Part shown: in pieces, positions 20,981 through 31,547 of the stretch
Layout of the letters: the number at the start of each line of letters is the position of its first letter
Numbering within the stretch: position 1 is the first letter of the stretch
Origin: an uncultured Actinomycetes bacterium
Lineage (GTDB): Bacteria > SZUA-79 > Acidulodesulfobacterales > Acidulodesulfobacteraceae
Reading direction: 5' to 3'
Length of the DNA: 64,000 nt
Assembly: GCA_964631685.1 (NCBI GenBank)
Contig: CAZVZU010000002.1
Coordinates: forward strand, 160,001-224,000
Notes under the pieces: generated by a model
Told to the model about the DNA's origin: nothing
The model's input: only the letters and a program-made list of their open reading frames with translations
The model's database searches: none
Translations under genes and position numbers: made by a program

Positions 20981-22252
20981 AAAACGATTTATCTAAAATT
21001 ATCTCAAAATCTAAATAATAAATCATTTTTATGATATCTTTATATTCCTCCTGTTCGCCAAATATCCTTAATTTAACATAATCTTTTAGTGTTGTTATAA
21101 TGATGCAGTTACCGTTTTGATTCATGCCTTTTTTGATATCAATAATATCCGCTTCCGAATACCGGTGATGATCCTCAAACTCAAGCTTGCGATCTATTTT
21201 AATGCCACAGGAGATCAGATTGTCATAAAAGTAGCTCGGATTTCCAATTGCACATATTGTTGTCACATACGCTTGCTCTTCGATTAGAACACTGAAACTT
21301 AATGCGTTTTTTCCACCATTTCCGCCTAAAAGATTAATAGGCTTGTAATAGGAATAAAACACCGGGCTAAACCTATTAAATCTCCTAATCTCCTTTTCAA
21401 AATTTTCATCCGTTATTTTTAAAGCACCGTCTCGTTGTTTTATATTTTTGGTTACAACGATGACATTTGCATATCCAAGTGCACTTAACGGTTCCCTTAA
21501 AACTCCCGCCGGTATAACATTTTGATCAAAAATATTGCTTGTTTTGTCGATTAAAACTATATCTAAATTCTTTTTAATATTCAACGCGCTAAATCCATCA
21601 TCTAGGATGGCAATTTTCTTGTGTTTCTCGTATTTTTCGTGGACATCTTCATATAAACAACGTCCTTTTAGATTTGCATCATCTATATCATTGGGTGAGT
21701 TTGCAGGTTTTACATCGTCTATGTTGAAAAATACAGTGGCATTTTCGGCAAGATTAAAGTAAATATTGTCATTTTCAGAACAAATATTTGCGGCCGATAT
21801 CCTATCCCTTGACACTATCACGGGTATCTGTATTTTTTTTGACCTAAATCTTTCAACTAAAAGGACTACTTCATCCGGAAGCTTTTGTTTAGCATCATCA
21901 ATCTCGTACTCCCAATCCGCAATATAAGTTTTTTTTTTAAAAGCCCTTTATATCCCCTGCTTATAATGCACGGCCTCAAATTTAATTCATGTAAGTATTC
22001 GGCTATTGTATATGAAAATGGGGTTTTTCCCGCTCCACCTAAGTTTATGTTTCCTATACTGATCGTAAACATATTAGGATCTTTAGCTTTAAAAATAAAT
22101 GAGTTGCCATACAGTGCCCTTTTTGTCTTCGTGAAAACAATAACTAGGCAGGATATTAAGGATAGAGGGGATTTAACAATAAACTTCAATAAATTAGAGT
22201 TACCCTTATTGTTATTAAGAAAACCAACTATGTATTTGTGGATATTTTTCAT
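20919..22252 (-). pseudogene. lpxK: Tetraacyldisaccharide 4'-kinase split by a frameshift at an A10 run (21929-21938)
   Basis: The 5' part has ISIGNINLGGAGKTP and ISRGY. The -1 frame after the A-run reads TYIADWEYEIDDAKQKLPDEVVLL...VIVSRDR into LDDGF, PAGVLREP, FEDHHRY and TTLKDYVKL. Confidence 0.85.
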
Positions 22253-22253
22253 A

Positions 22254-23447
22254 TTATTTCCCCAATGAATCTACTGCTTCTTTTATTCTATCTAATCCCT
22301 CTTTGATAACATCCATACTCGCCGCAAAAGATAACCTAATAAAATTGTCGTTTCCGAATTCCACACCCGGTACCACAGTAACAAGATATTTTTCCAAAAG
22401 ATAATCGCAAAATTTAGTGGAAGAATTTAATCCGTTTCCATCCTTATCGAATACCCCCGAAATATCTGCAAATATATAAAATGCTCCATCGGGCTTAATC
22501 GGAACAATACTCTTTATATTTTTGTCAAAAAAATCCAACATATAATCTCTTCGTTTCTGAAATTCTTTTCGCATCATGATAGTGAAATCATAACCTCCCC
22601 TCAATGCCGCTAAAGCGCCGTATTGAGCAAATGTAGTGGGATTAGATGTACTTTGAGACTGAATATTATTCATTGCCGATATTAAATCTTTTGGCGCTGC
22701 CGTGTAACCTATTCTAAATCCTGTCATTGAGTAGGTTTTGGAAACTGCATTGACGGCAATTGTATTTTTCTTGAACGATTTGTCAATCATCAATACATTG
22801 AAAAATCTTTTATCATCAAAGATTATTTTTTCGTAAATGTCATCCGTTACAATATATAAATCATGCTTTTTGGCAAAGTCGGCAATTGCAATAATGTCTT
22901 TCTCATCCATCAAAACCCCTGTTGGATTTGAAGGGCTGTTGATTACCAATCCTCTTGTTTTGTCCGTCAAATTTCTTTTAAAAATCTCAAGATTAAGCTT
23001 AAATTTGTTCTTAGACGTGTCCGCCATAACAGGAATACCGCCAGAAAGTTTTATGATTTCGGTATAAGACACCCAATATGGCGAGGGAATTATTATTTCA
23101 TCCCCCTCATTCAGGAGTGCGGAAAAAATATTATACAATGCATGTTTACCGCCACAAGAAACAATTATCTCGCTATTTTCATATTTGATGTTATAATCCG
23201 ACAACAACTTATCTACTATTGCTGATTTGAGTTCGTCTATTCCGGAAACAGGGGTATATTTCGTGTGACCTTTGTCAAGTGCATCTTTTACAGCATCTTT
23301 TATATAGTCGGGTGTATCGAAATCCGGCTCTCCCGCCCCAAAACTTATAACATCCATACCCTCAGATTTTAGCTTTTTAGCCTTTGCGGTTATAGCAAGA
23401 GTAGCAGATGGTCTTATTGAAGATGCTTTACATGAGAGTCTCATCAT
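22254..23447 (-). CDS. PLP-dependent aspartate aminotransferase (class I/II)
   Basis: GEPDFDTP, NSPSNPTG, DDIY, SKTYSMTGFRIG. Confidence 0.92.
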   Translation of the reverse strand: MMRLSCKASSIRPSATLAITAKAKKLKSEGMDVISFGAGEPDFDTPDYIKDAVKDALDKGHTKYTPVSGIDELKSAIVDKLLSDYNIKYENSEIIVSCGGKHALYNIFSALLNEGDEIIIPSPYWVSYTEIIKLSGGIPVMADTSKNKFKLNLEIFKRNLTDKTRGLVINSPSNPTGVLMDEKDIIAIADFAKKHDLYIVTDDIYEKIIFDDKRFFNVLMIDKSFKKNTIAVNAVSKTYSMTGFRIGYTAAPKDLISAMNNIQSQSTSNPTTFAQYGALAALRGGYDFTIMMRKEFQKRRDYMLDFFDKNIKSIVPIKPDGAFYIFADISGVFDKDGNGLNSSTKFCDYLLEKYLVTVVPGVEFGNDNFIRLSFAASMDVIKEGLDRIKEAVDSLGK

Positions 23448-23964
23448 TTTCTCCTTTGAAATAAATTTTGACCAGTTCAGAAGCTATTGCGCGGGGAACC
23501 ATACTGGAAATATCACCCCCCAGTCGGGAAATCTCTTTAACTATCGTAGAGCTCAAAAACGAATACTTTTCGGCGGTCATCATAAATATCGTTTCTATGC
23601 AAGGATCAAGGGTTCTATTGGTAATTGCAAGCTGGAGTTCATACTCAAAATCAGAAACCGCCCTCAGCCCTCTTATAATGACCTTTGCGTTGATACTTTC
23701 CACATACTTGACGAGCAATCCCTTTAAGCCCACTACCTCAACCCTATCAACATCAACTTCTTCATCTTCCCTTAAAACCTTGGCTATAAGACCCATCCTT
23801 ACGGATTGCTCGAAAAGATAAGGCTTCTTTTTATTACAAGCCACGGCGATAATTACTTTATCAAATATGCCAAGGCTTCTTTTTAGGACATCCAAATGAC
23901 CATAAGTAATAGGATCAAAAGAACCCGGATAAACTGCCGTTTTATATCTTGATATATTTGTCAT
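23428..23964 (-). CDS. coaD: Pantetheine-phosphate adenylyltransferase
   Basis: YPGSFDPITYGH, RGLRAVSDFEYE, SSTIVKE. Confidence 0.96.
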   Translation of the reverse strand: MTNISRYKTAVYPGSFDPITYGHLDVLKRSLGIFDKVIIAVACNKKKPYLFEQSVRMGLIAKVLREDEEVDVDRVEVVGLKGLLVKYVESINAKVIIRGLRAVSDFEYELQLAITNRTLDPCIETIFMMTAEKYSFLSSTIVKEISRLGGDISSMVPRAIASELVKIYFKGENDETLM

Positions 23965-24128
23965 AAATTTTTACAAAATTAAATTACAGCCGGTCGTTAC
24001 TTTTTACCATAAAATCAATTAAATTGCAATTGACTTTGTTTAACCGGGTTATGGTACAAATGCATGGAATAAAGCTCTATCGCAGGATTAAGTCAAAAAC
24101 ATTGCGGCGATAGATATAATGTTCTATA

Positions 24129-24542
24129 ATGACAAGTATGAGAAAGTGTCCTCCAAATAAGAAATATGGCTTTTTTTTATTTTTTCTTCTTGCTTTCATG
24201 GCGATTTTTTACCTGACATTTATTACAGATATAAGCTATTCACTCAACATTCCCCTTACGATGACTATAATTCAAACCGGAATGAATAAGCAAACAGTGA
24301 ATGAATTCATCCGTAAAACGACCAGCACTACGTATTTTTATAAACCGGCAAAGACTGGAACATATCGGAATTCATCTTATCTTGTTTGCTTAGAATGCCA
24401 AAACATCCCTGTCTCATACAGGAATAACATTATATCAAATTATAAATTTTTCGAGTATATTCCAGTTATGCAGTCCTTATATGTTAACAATATAATCCGC
24501 AATATTTTTCATCCTCCCCAAACAAATACTTGCATCATTTAA
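24129..24542 (+). CDS. Hypothetical exported/membrane protein with CxxC and C-terminal IFHPP (candidate copper-responsive leader)
   Basis: Hydrophobic N-terminal segment, CLEC, and IFHPP near the C-terminus; first ORF of the copper cassette. Confidence 0.55.
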   Translation: MTSMRKCPPNKKYGFFLFFLLAFMAIFYLTFITDISYSLNIPLTMTIIQTGMNKQTVNEFIRKTTSTTYFYKPAKTGTYRNSSYLVCLECQNIPVSYRNNIISNYKFFEYIPVMQSLYVNNIIRNIFHPPQTNTCII

Positions 24543-24645
24543 GGCGGATCCGTCACTTGTCAACCGCTGCTATATAAATAACATTCTAGATAATTGTACA
24601 AAATCACATTATATTTAAAATAATATACTTATTGGAGGTAACTTT

Positions 24646-24909
24646 ATGAAAAACGAAAAAATAAATGTTTACGGAATGACCTGCGAACACTGCGTTAATA
24701 CGGTAACCAAGGCTATATCTTCACTTAATGGGGTAGATTCCGTTAACGTAAACCTTAAGGGTGAATATGCCGATGTAGCATATGACGACAAATCAACAGG
24801 GATAGATAATATCAAAAAAGCTGTGAAAGAAGCAGGCTACGATACCGAGAAAGCTGGTCATGGACATGGTCACGGCGGGATGAAAGAAGACGGCGGTTGT
24901 TGCTGCTAA
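24646..24909 (+). CDS. copZ: Copper chaperone (HMA domain) with a His/Cys-rich tail
   Basis: GMTCEHC; C-terminal HGHGHGGMKEDGGCCC. Confidence 0.85.
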   Translation: MKNEKINVYGMTCEHCVNTVTKAISSLNGVDSVNVNLKGEYADVAYDDKSTGIDNIKKAVKEAGYDTEKAGHGHGHGGMKEDGGCCC

Positions 24910-24972
24910 GAAACACCTAATAAAAGAATGTTAATGCCTCAAATATAGCAACATGTGACACTCGATCTATCA

Positions 24973-25009
24973 AATATTCCCGCTCTGTAAATAATAGAGC
25001 GGGAATATT
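24973..25009. terminator. Perfect 14-bp inverted repeat between copZ and copA (terminator or attenuator-like hairpin)
   Basis: AATATTCCCGCTCT-N9-AGAGCGGGAATATT; no strong U-tract. Confidence 0.5.
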
Positions 25010-25072
25010 AATCTTGCACAGATATTTTTTTAGATAATCTTGCAGTATAATAGGGGTATTGGAGGTAACTTT

Positions 25073-27901
25073 ATGAAAAACGAAAAAATAAATGTTTACG
25101 GAATGACCTGCGAACACTGCGTTAATACGGTAACCAAGGCTATATCTTCACTTAATGGGGTAGATTCCGTTAACGTAAACCTTAAGGGTGAATATGCCGA
25201 TGTAGCATATGACGACAAATCAACAGGGATAGATAATATCAAAAAAGCTGTGAAAGAAGCAGGCTACGATACCGAGAAAGCTGGTCATGATGAACTGAAA
25301 AATAATCAGTTCAAAGAACAAAAACGATATAAATTTGCCATAAGCAAAATGGATTGTGCTTCGTGCGCCACAACTATTGTTGATACCATCAAAAGGATGG
25401 ACGGCGTTAAAGATGCAAAATTAAACTTTGTGACCGAAACCTTATATGTAGATTCAGATTTAGATAAACCCTTGCCCGAAGAAATAATTAAGATGGTTAA
25501 ATTTGCCGGATTTGGCGCCGAACTTATTGACGAAACATCACAAAAGGTAACGATAGAGACCCTAACTCAAACTGCCGATGAAGGCAAAAACCTTACCGGC
25601 AATCAAGAAAGACCAACATCGGAGAAAATTAGATTTGACATAGAGGGAATGACTTGCACAAATTGCGCCAGAACAATAGAGAAAAGCATAGGCAAACTTA
25701 AAGGGATCGATAAGGTAACAGTAAATTTTGCAGGAGAAAGTGGATTTGTATCATACGACACATCTGTGACATCTAAGGCCACTATATTTAAAGCAGTGAC
25801 GGAAAGTGGATACAAACCGGTAGACGAAGCGGAAAAATTAAAAAGAGCGGAAAAATCCTTGGATTCGGCTGCGCATGCATCCTTTATGGGTAGGTGGTTT
25901 TATAATGTAGCAAGCTGGAAAAAGGATATTTACTGGCTCATATTCATATTCGTGGTAGCTATACCAGTAGTAATTCTTTCATATGAAGATGTCTTCGGTA
26001 TGCCGTATTGGGATAGAGTTATTACATTATTCATTCTCGCTTCTGCGGTTCAGTTCACTGCCGGACTAAAGTTTTACAAGGGAGCTTACTATTCTCTGAG
26101 AAATTTTTCCGCCAATATGGATGTACTGGTTTCGCTGGGTATTTCAGCAGCATATTTTTATTCTGTGGCGGGTGTGTTCCTATTTTTTAATGGGGAATTT
26201 TATTTCGACACATCGGTCCTGCTTATCCTTTTTATAACTGCAGGAAAAACACTGGAAAAAATATCAAAACAAAGAGCTGCATCTTCCCTGAAGGCTCTCT
26301 TTAAGCTTCAAACTAACGAATCCAACATAGTAGCTGACGATGGAAGCATAGTAAAAGTAGATACGAATAGCGTCAAGGTCGGGGATATTCTTTTGGTAAA
26401 AAAAGGCGACAAAATACCAGTAGACGGGGTTATTGTCGACGGACAAAGCCAGATAGACGAGTCCATGCTAACCGGCGAACCCATACCTGCGGAAAAAAAG
26501 CCGGGGGATGAGGTAAGCGGAGCAACAATAAATAGGGGGCAGGTTATAAAAATGAAGGCTTTAAGGGTAGGCAAAGATACAATGCTTTCCCAAATAGTCA
26601 GACTTGTAGAAGACGCGCAGGCAGACAAGGCACCTATCCAACGCATTGCCGATCGAGTGACTAACTATTTTGTTCCGGTAGTCGTTGCAATATCCCTGAT
26701 ATCCTTCATATCTTGGAGATTTATATTTCATGCAAATTTCTTATTTGCCTTATCCGCTGCTATAGCGGTTTTGGTTATAGCGTGTCCATGCGCCATGGGG
26801 CTTGCTACCCCGATGGCTCTTATGATTGGAAGCTCTATAGGACTTGAAAAGGGAATACTAATAAAAAAGGCGTCCGGCTTGGAAGAAATCGCAAGAATAA
26901 ATGCTATCGTTTTCGATAAAACCGGCACTATCACACACGGAAAACCAGAAGTGAATGATATAATTCCATTAGGTAGCCTTTCGACAGATGAGATTTTAAG
27001 AATGGCGGCTTACGGCGAGAGCTTATCCTCTCACCCTATTGCAACTGCAATAGTAAATAAATATAAAGAATCCTATAAAAAACACGACAAGGGAAAACCT
27101 GGTAGTGATGAAGCCGAACCAAAAGATTACAATGAAATTAGCGGACTGGGTATCAGTATGAATTACGATGGCAAAAAGGTTCTAATAGGCAAGAGAGGAC
27201 TTTTTGAATCCGAAAATATAGATTTGACTAAATTTGACAAACCGGAAGAACAGTACGCGAAGGAGGGGAAGACCGTCATCGGTGTTTCAGTAAATTCCGA
27301 AATAATAGGTATTCTCACATTGGCAGACAAAATTAAGCAAGAAGCGAAAAAAACTATAAAAAAACTGAAATCTATGAAAATTACTCCATATCTTTTAACG
27401 GGAGATAATGCTAATTCTGCTATAAATGTCGCGGCCCAAGTAGGAATAGAGGATAAAAATGTTATTGCAAATGTTTTGCCGCAGGGTAAACTTAACGAAA
27501 TAAAAAAATTAAAAAATATTGGATTAAAGGTCGCTATGGTTGGCGACGGCATAAATGATGCGCCTGCTCTTGCTTATGCGGATGTAGGCATAGCTATAGG
27601 TAGCGGGACTGATGTAGCAAGGGAAACCGGAGACATAATATTGGTTAAAAGCAATATTATGGATGCCTATAAAAGCGTGGCTCTCGGCAAAAAAACCCTC
27701 AGCAAGGTCAAACAGAATCTTTTTTGGGCATTTGTATTTAACGGAATTGGTATTCCATTTGCAGCTGGAGTTTTTTATCATTTTACAGGCTGGCTTTTAC
27801 CACCTGCGGCCGCCGGGGCGGCGATGGCGCTTTCAGATATATTTGTAATCGTTAACTCGGTCATGTTGAGGGGCTATTCACAGAAAATGGATACGCTATA
27901 G
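25073..27901 (+). CDS. copA: Heavy-metal (copper-type) P1B-ATPase with three N-terminal HMA domains
   Basis: [42 protein letters not shown] 25073 after GGAGG. Confidence 0.9.
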   Translation: MKNEKINVYGMTCEHCVNTVTKAISSLNGVDSVNVNLKGEYADVAYDDKSTGIDNIKKAVKEAGYDTEKAGHDELKNNQFKEQKRYKFAISKMDCASCATTIVDTIKRMDGVKDAKLNFVTETLYVDSDLDKPLPEEIIKMVKFAGFGAELIDETSQKVTIETLTQTADEGKNLTGNQERPTSEKIRFDIEGMTCTNCARTIEKSIGKLKGIDKVTVNFAGESGFVSYDTSVTSKATIFKAVTESGYKPVDEAEKLKRAEKSLDSAAHASFMGRWFYNVASWKKDIYWLIFIFVVAIPVVILSYEDVFGMPYWDRVITLFILASAVQFTAGLKFYKGAYYSLRNFSANMDVLVSLGISAAYFYSVAGVFLFFNGEFYFDTSVLLILFITAGKTLEKISKQRAASSLKALFKLQTNESNIVADDGSIVKVDTNSVKVGDILLVKKGDKIPVDGVIVDGQSQIDESMLTGEPIPAEKKPGDEVSGATINRGQVIKMKALRVGKDTMLSQIVRLVEDAQADKAPIQRIADRVTNYFVPVVVAISLISFISWRFIFHANFLFALSAAIAVLVIACPCAMGLATPMALMIGSSIGLEKGILIKKASGLEEIARINAIVFDKTGTITHGKPEVNDIIPLGSLSTDEILRMAAYGESLSSHPIATAIVNKYKESYKKHDKGKPGSDEAEPKDYNEISGLGISMNYDGKKVLIGKRGLFESENIDLTKFDKPEEQYAKEGKTVIGVSVNSEIIGILTLADKIKQEAKKTIKKLKSMKITPYLLTGDNANSAINVAAQVGIEDKNVIANVLPQGKLNEIKKLKNIGLKVAMVGDGINDAPALAYADVGIAIGSGTDVARETGDIILVKSNIMDAYKSVALGKKTLSKVKQNLFWAFVFNGIGIPFAAGVFYHFTGWLLPPAAAGAAMALSDIFVIVNSVMLRGYSQKMDTL

Positions 27902-28456
27902 AGGGAAATGAGAATAAAAAGAGAGAATAGATCTGCCATGTTTTTTTTCCTTTGTCAGTTCATAGGAATGACATTCTTTTGGTAGGATCTCTCTTCTGTC
28001 ATGCTGGACTATAACGGTATTTTCATGTTCATAATGCAGAGATGTGAGAAGACAATTAATTGTCTTCTCACAAAGTCCTGAATTATAGGGAGGATCAATA
28101 AATATATACTCAGGATTATATTCTTTAAGAAGCCCAATTTCTAATGCTTTTATTGCATCTTCTCTTATGATCTTAATCTTTTTTTCAACACGGAATTTTT
28201 TTGAAAGCTCCGCTATGGCAAAAGTTAAACCTGGGAGTTTTTCAACAAAAATGCAAAAAGACGCCCCGCGCGAAAGTGCTTCAAATCCCACGTTGCCAGA
28301 ACCAGCGTATAAATCGCAAAAAACCCTGCCGTCTATATTCGCTCCTATTATATCGAATAGCGCACCCTTTAAGAGACCTGACGATGGCGAAACATTTTTA
28401 ACTTTGTACACATTGGGGATTTTTCTTCCTTTTAGTGATCCGCTTATAATACGCAT
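27896..28456 (-). CDS. rsmD: 16S rRNA m2G966 methyltransferase
   Basis: [30 protein letters not shown]. Confidence 0.92.
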   Translation of the reverse strand: MRIISGSLKGRKIPNVYKVKNVSPSSGLLKGALFDIIGANIDGRVFCDLYAGSGNVGFEALSRGASFCIFVEKLPGLTFAIAELSKKFRVEKKIKIIREDAIKALEIGLLKEYNPEYIFIDPPYNSGLCEKTINCLLTSLHYEHENTVIVQHDRREILPKECHSYELTKEKKHGRSILSFYSHFPL

Positions 28457-28468
28457 TTACTCTGATAA

Positions 28469-29104
28469 TTAATTATCACCTAAATCTTTTAATTTTTGCT
28501 TATCTAATATAACTATACTTCTCTTATCTATCCTAATAACATTTTTAGACACAAAATCCTTTAACGTCCTCGAAACAACCTCCCTTGCTGTTCCCGCAAT
28601 GTCGGCAATCATCTTCTGGCTTATTTTCTTGCCCTCAAAAAGAAGGGTTATCTTGGCAATCCTTCCCTGCGTACGCCTTAACGAAAGATCTTCTATCCTG
28701 TTTGTTAAATATATAAGTTTATGTGTCATGCTGTTTATTATGTTTAATGACACCTCTGGATATTTATAGATTAAGTCAATCATATTTTTACGGGACAACA
28801 AGTATAATTTTACCGACGTGACGGCGTCCGCAGAAGCCGGATTCATATCGCTTGCAAATACCGTAACATCATTGAAAGAATCTCCCTCATAAATAAGCTT
28901 AAGTATCTGTTCTTTGCCGTCCTTAGACGACTTGTAGACCTTAATTGTTCCTTCTGCAACAAAATATATTCCCTTAGATTTATCTCCCTCTATAAAAATA
29001 TTTTCACCTATTGCATAATGTTCTTCCCTAAATAAAACTTTGACATCATTAAAAGCACTATCGCTTAAAGATCTAAAATAATCTAATGTTTTTATACCTT
29101 CCAT
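28469..29104 (-). CDS. Crp/Fnr-family transcriptional regulator (HcpR/Dnr-like)
   Basis: cNMP-binding fold (IFIEGD, GTIKVYK, GKEQIL); HTH GTAREVVSR; no N-terminal Fnr cysteines. Confidence 0.9.
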   Translation of the reverse strand: MEGIKTLDYFRSLSDSAFNDVKVLFREEHYAIGENIFIEGDKSKGIYFVAEGTIKVYKSSKDGKEQILKLIYEGDSFNDVTVFASDMNPASADAVTSVKLYLLSRKNMIDLIYKYPEVSLNIINSMTHKLIYLTNRIEDLSLRRTQGRIAKITLLFEGKKISQKMIADIAGTAREVVSRTLKDFVSKNVIRIDKRSIVILDKQKLKDLGDN

Positions 29105-29260
29105 AACTTGCTTTGTTTTTTAATAAAATTTAGGTTAAATACACCCATTGACTTACACCAACACTACTTTATTAAGCACATATTATATGCTATAATACAG
29201 TATGATATATGCAGTCGGCTATGTCAATAATTTTAAAAATAAATTTACGGAGGTTAGCAA

Positions 29261-29557
29261 ATGCCCATCAGAGAGTATAAATGCGAGGACTGCAATAATT
29301 ACATAGAGGTAATTCAGGGTATCAATGAAGAACCTTTGAAAACTTGCCCTAAATGTGGTGGAAAATTAGACAAACTTATATCGAACTCAAGTTTTATTTT
29401 GAAGGGTTCGGGCTGGTATAAAACCGATTATGCCAATTCAGATTCAAAGAAAGCAAAGGGTGAGCAGGAAGCAAAGCCGAAGGATGCATCACCCACCTCA
29501 ACTGCATGTTCTTGCAAACCTGAAATATCCGAACAGAAGCAAAAAAAGACACCTTGA
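29261..29557 (+). CDS. FmdB-family zinc-ribbon protein
   Basis: [11 protein letters not shown]...CPKCGG...[13 protein letters not shown]. Confidence 0.9.
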   Translation: MPIREYKCEDCNNYIEVIQGINEEPLKTCPKCGGKLDKLISNSSFILKGSGWYKTDYANSDSKKAKGEQEAKPKDASPTSTACSCKPEISEQKQKKTP

Positions 29558-30078
29558 CATATATATTCAATTTTAAGGCAAAAATTATTAACTTGGATAT
29601 AGAAGTATCGGAGAGCTATATTGAAGGAATAAGGATAAATAGCTGTGAACAAGATAGGCGAACAAGGCAAAATAGCGGGACTGTTGTCTTCTTGTGTGCT
29701 GGCGACTATGATCGGTTAGGGCATCTTTATTCTTTGGTAAACCTTATTGACGATTATTTCTCCGGTAAAATCGTCAATTTTAGCAAGATACCAGTTGATT
29801 TTGTTTCTTATTCTAATTTTACTAAAAAAATACTCATTGCCCTACGTGCCGTTAAATATGGAGAGACTTTATCGTATAAGTATCTTGCGTTAAAGGCGGG
29901 CTTTAGCGCAAGATACTCTAGAGCCTGCGCGAGTGCCCTATCAATAAATAGAACACCCATTATCTTGCCGTGCCACAGAATAATTTATTCAAACAATAAA
30001 TTGGGTGGTTATTCAGCCGCAGGCCTATCGCTTAAGAATAAGCTCATCTCTCTTGAACATACAGCGATTAGTTTATAG
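29554..30078 (+). CDS. ogt: Methylated-DNA--protein-cysteine methyltransferase
   Basis: [22 protein letters not shown]. Confidence 0.85.
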   Translation: MTYIFNFKAKIINLDIEVSESYIEGIRINSCEQDRRTRQNSGTVVFLCAGDYDRLGHLYSLVNLIDDYFSGKIVNFSKIPVDFVSYSNFTKKILIALRAVKYGETLSYKYLALKAGFSARYSRACASALSINRTPIILPCHRIIYSNNKLGGYSAAGLSLKNKLISLEHTAISL

Positions 30079-30487
30079 CATAAAGCCCTTCCTCGGCCGT
30101 CCTTATTCTTTCGACCAGTCGCACGGGCATTACAAATATTTTTCCGTCACCGTAATGACCGGTTTTATTGACCTCCGTTATAATTTTTACAACATGATCG
30201 GTTTCACTTTTAACAACTACTAACGACATCATTCTTTTAGGTAAAAAACTGTAATCGTTATCGGCAATATCAGCTCTACTGTTAATTAGATTTAGCCCCG
30301 GGTCAAGTTCATTCGCTAACCCTCCAGCACCCTTTTGCCTTCCCCTACCGTGAACAGAGTAAAAGGTCATCTGATTAAATCCTTCTTTATCCAAAGCATT
30401 TTTTGTGTCCTGAATTTTATGTCTTCTTACTATTGCAATAATTTCAACAACACTTTCTTCTAATTTTGGCTCCATAAAAACCCTCAT
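30068..30487 (-). CDS. nifI2: P-II family nitrogenase regulator NifI2
   Basis: EIIAIVR, TKNAL, GRGRQKG, long T-loop, PKRMMSLVV, GDGKIFV. Confidence 0.85.
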   Translation of the reverse strand: MRVFMEPKLEESVVEIIAIVRRHKIQDTKNALDKEGFNQMTFYSVHGRGRQKGAGGLANELDPGLNLINSRADIADNDYSFLPKRMMSLVVVKSETDHVVKIITEVNKTGHYGDGKIFVMPVRLVERIRTAEEGLYAIN

Positions 30488-30519
30488 TAATAATGTGATT
30501 TATATAAAATAATACTTCA

Positions 30520-30837
30520 TTACAGACCTTCGGCTCCTGTTCTTACCGTATAAACATTTGAAACTGGTATCACGAATATCTTGCCGTCACCAATATGTCC
30601 GGTAACAGCCTTTTCTTGGATGATATCACATACTCTGCTTGCACTTTCTTTTTTCACAACAATCATAAGTTCCAATTTAGGCAATTCATCATAAACTACC
30701 TCGCCGACCTTAATCCCTTTCTGTTTTCCCCTTCCAAAAACATGCATTTTTGTAACCGAAACAAATCCGTTTTCTTCCAAAGCATCAAGGACATCTTTTT
30801 CTCTTTCGGGTCTAATAATCGCTCTTACCATTTCCAT
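30520..30837 (-). CDS. nifI1: P-II family nitrogenase regulator NifI1
   Basis: RAIIRPE, GRGKQKGIKVGEVVYDELPK, GDGKIFV; 105 aa. Confidence 0.88.
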   Translation of the reverse strand: MEMVRAIIRPEREKDVLDALEENGFVSVTKMHVFGRGKQKGIKVGEVVYDELPKLELMIVVKKESASRVCDIIQEKAVTGHIGDGKIFVIPVSNVYTVRTGAEGL

Positions 30838-30864
30838 GAACCGTCTCCTTTTTATTGTGTTATA

Positions 30865-31467
30865 TTATATAGAACTTGTTAAAATGATAGCCTTCGCAAT
30901 ATCGCTCAGCGAACGTCCGCTACTCATACTTAATCGTTGAAGCCTTTTGTGTGCCTCTTTTTCAGGGATATTTTCTTTATCCATCAATATATTTTTCGCC
31001 TTGTAAATCAACTTTCTATCCTCAATATACTGTCTTAGGCTTTCATTGTCTCTTTTGATATCCTGAAATCTCTTAAAATTTTCAATTGCGATTATTGTTT
31101 GAGCCAAAACCTCACTCTTTCTGGCCGGTTTCGTTATATAAGAAAATGCCCCTGAGTCTTTTAACGCTTCTGAATATTTACCATAATCCTTAGCGCCACC
31201 AGCCGTTAAAAAGATTATAGGAACGGGATTTGATGTCATAATCTTTTTGCAAGCACTAATCCCGTCTAGCAAAGGCATCTTTATATCCATAAAAATGATA
31301 TCCGGTTTTAATTCTTTAGCCGCCGCAACCCCGGATGCGCCGTTATCTGCTTCGCAGATATTGGTTGTGATTGAATTTAAAATAACCTTAAGCTCTTCTC
31401 TTCTGTCTTGCATATCATCGACAACCAAGACTTTTATGTCTAAATTTAAGCCTTTTTCATTTGTCAT
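30865..31467 (-). CDS. REC-ANTAR response regulator (RNA antiterminator; NasT/GnfR-like)
   Basis: VVDD, FMDIKMP, FLTA, KP receiver; C-terminal RKLIYKAKNILM...EKEAHKRLQRLSM ANTAR domain. Confidence 0.92.
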   Translation of the reverse strand: MTNEKGLNLDIKVLVVDDMQDRREELKVILNSITTNICEADNGASGVAAAKELKPDIIFMDIKMPLLDGISACKKIMTSNPVPIIFLTAGGAKDYGKYSEALKDSGAFSYITKPARKSEVLAQTIIAIENFKRFQDIKRDNESLRQYIEDRKLIYKAKNILMDKENIPEKEAHKRLQRLSMSSGRSLSDIAKAIILTSSI

Positions 31468-31531
31468 AAGTTCATAATCAGATTAAATGTTATTTTTATG
31501 AGATAAAAACAATTGCGTTATTAGATTTTGA

Positions 31532-31547
31532 TGCAAATTTAATGCCA
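31532..31547 (-). promoter_or_regulatory. Sigma54 -24/-12 promoter for ANTAR regulator-nifI1-nifI2, nested in a 13-bp inverted repeat (31526-31559)
   Basis: Minus strand TGGCATTAAATTTGCA. Confidence 0.75.

Larger units (their letters stand above)
24630..25289 (+). repeat. Exact 233-bp direct repeat (24630-24862 = 25057-25289) covering the RBS and an HMA domain
   Basis: Identical by eye from TATTGGAGGTAACTTTATG to GCTGGTCATG; offset 427 bp. Confidence 0.95.
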
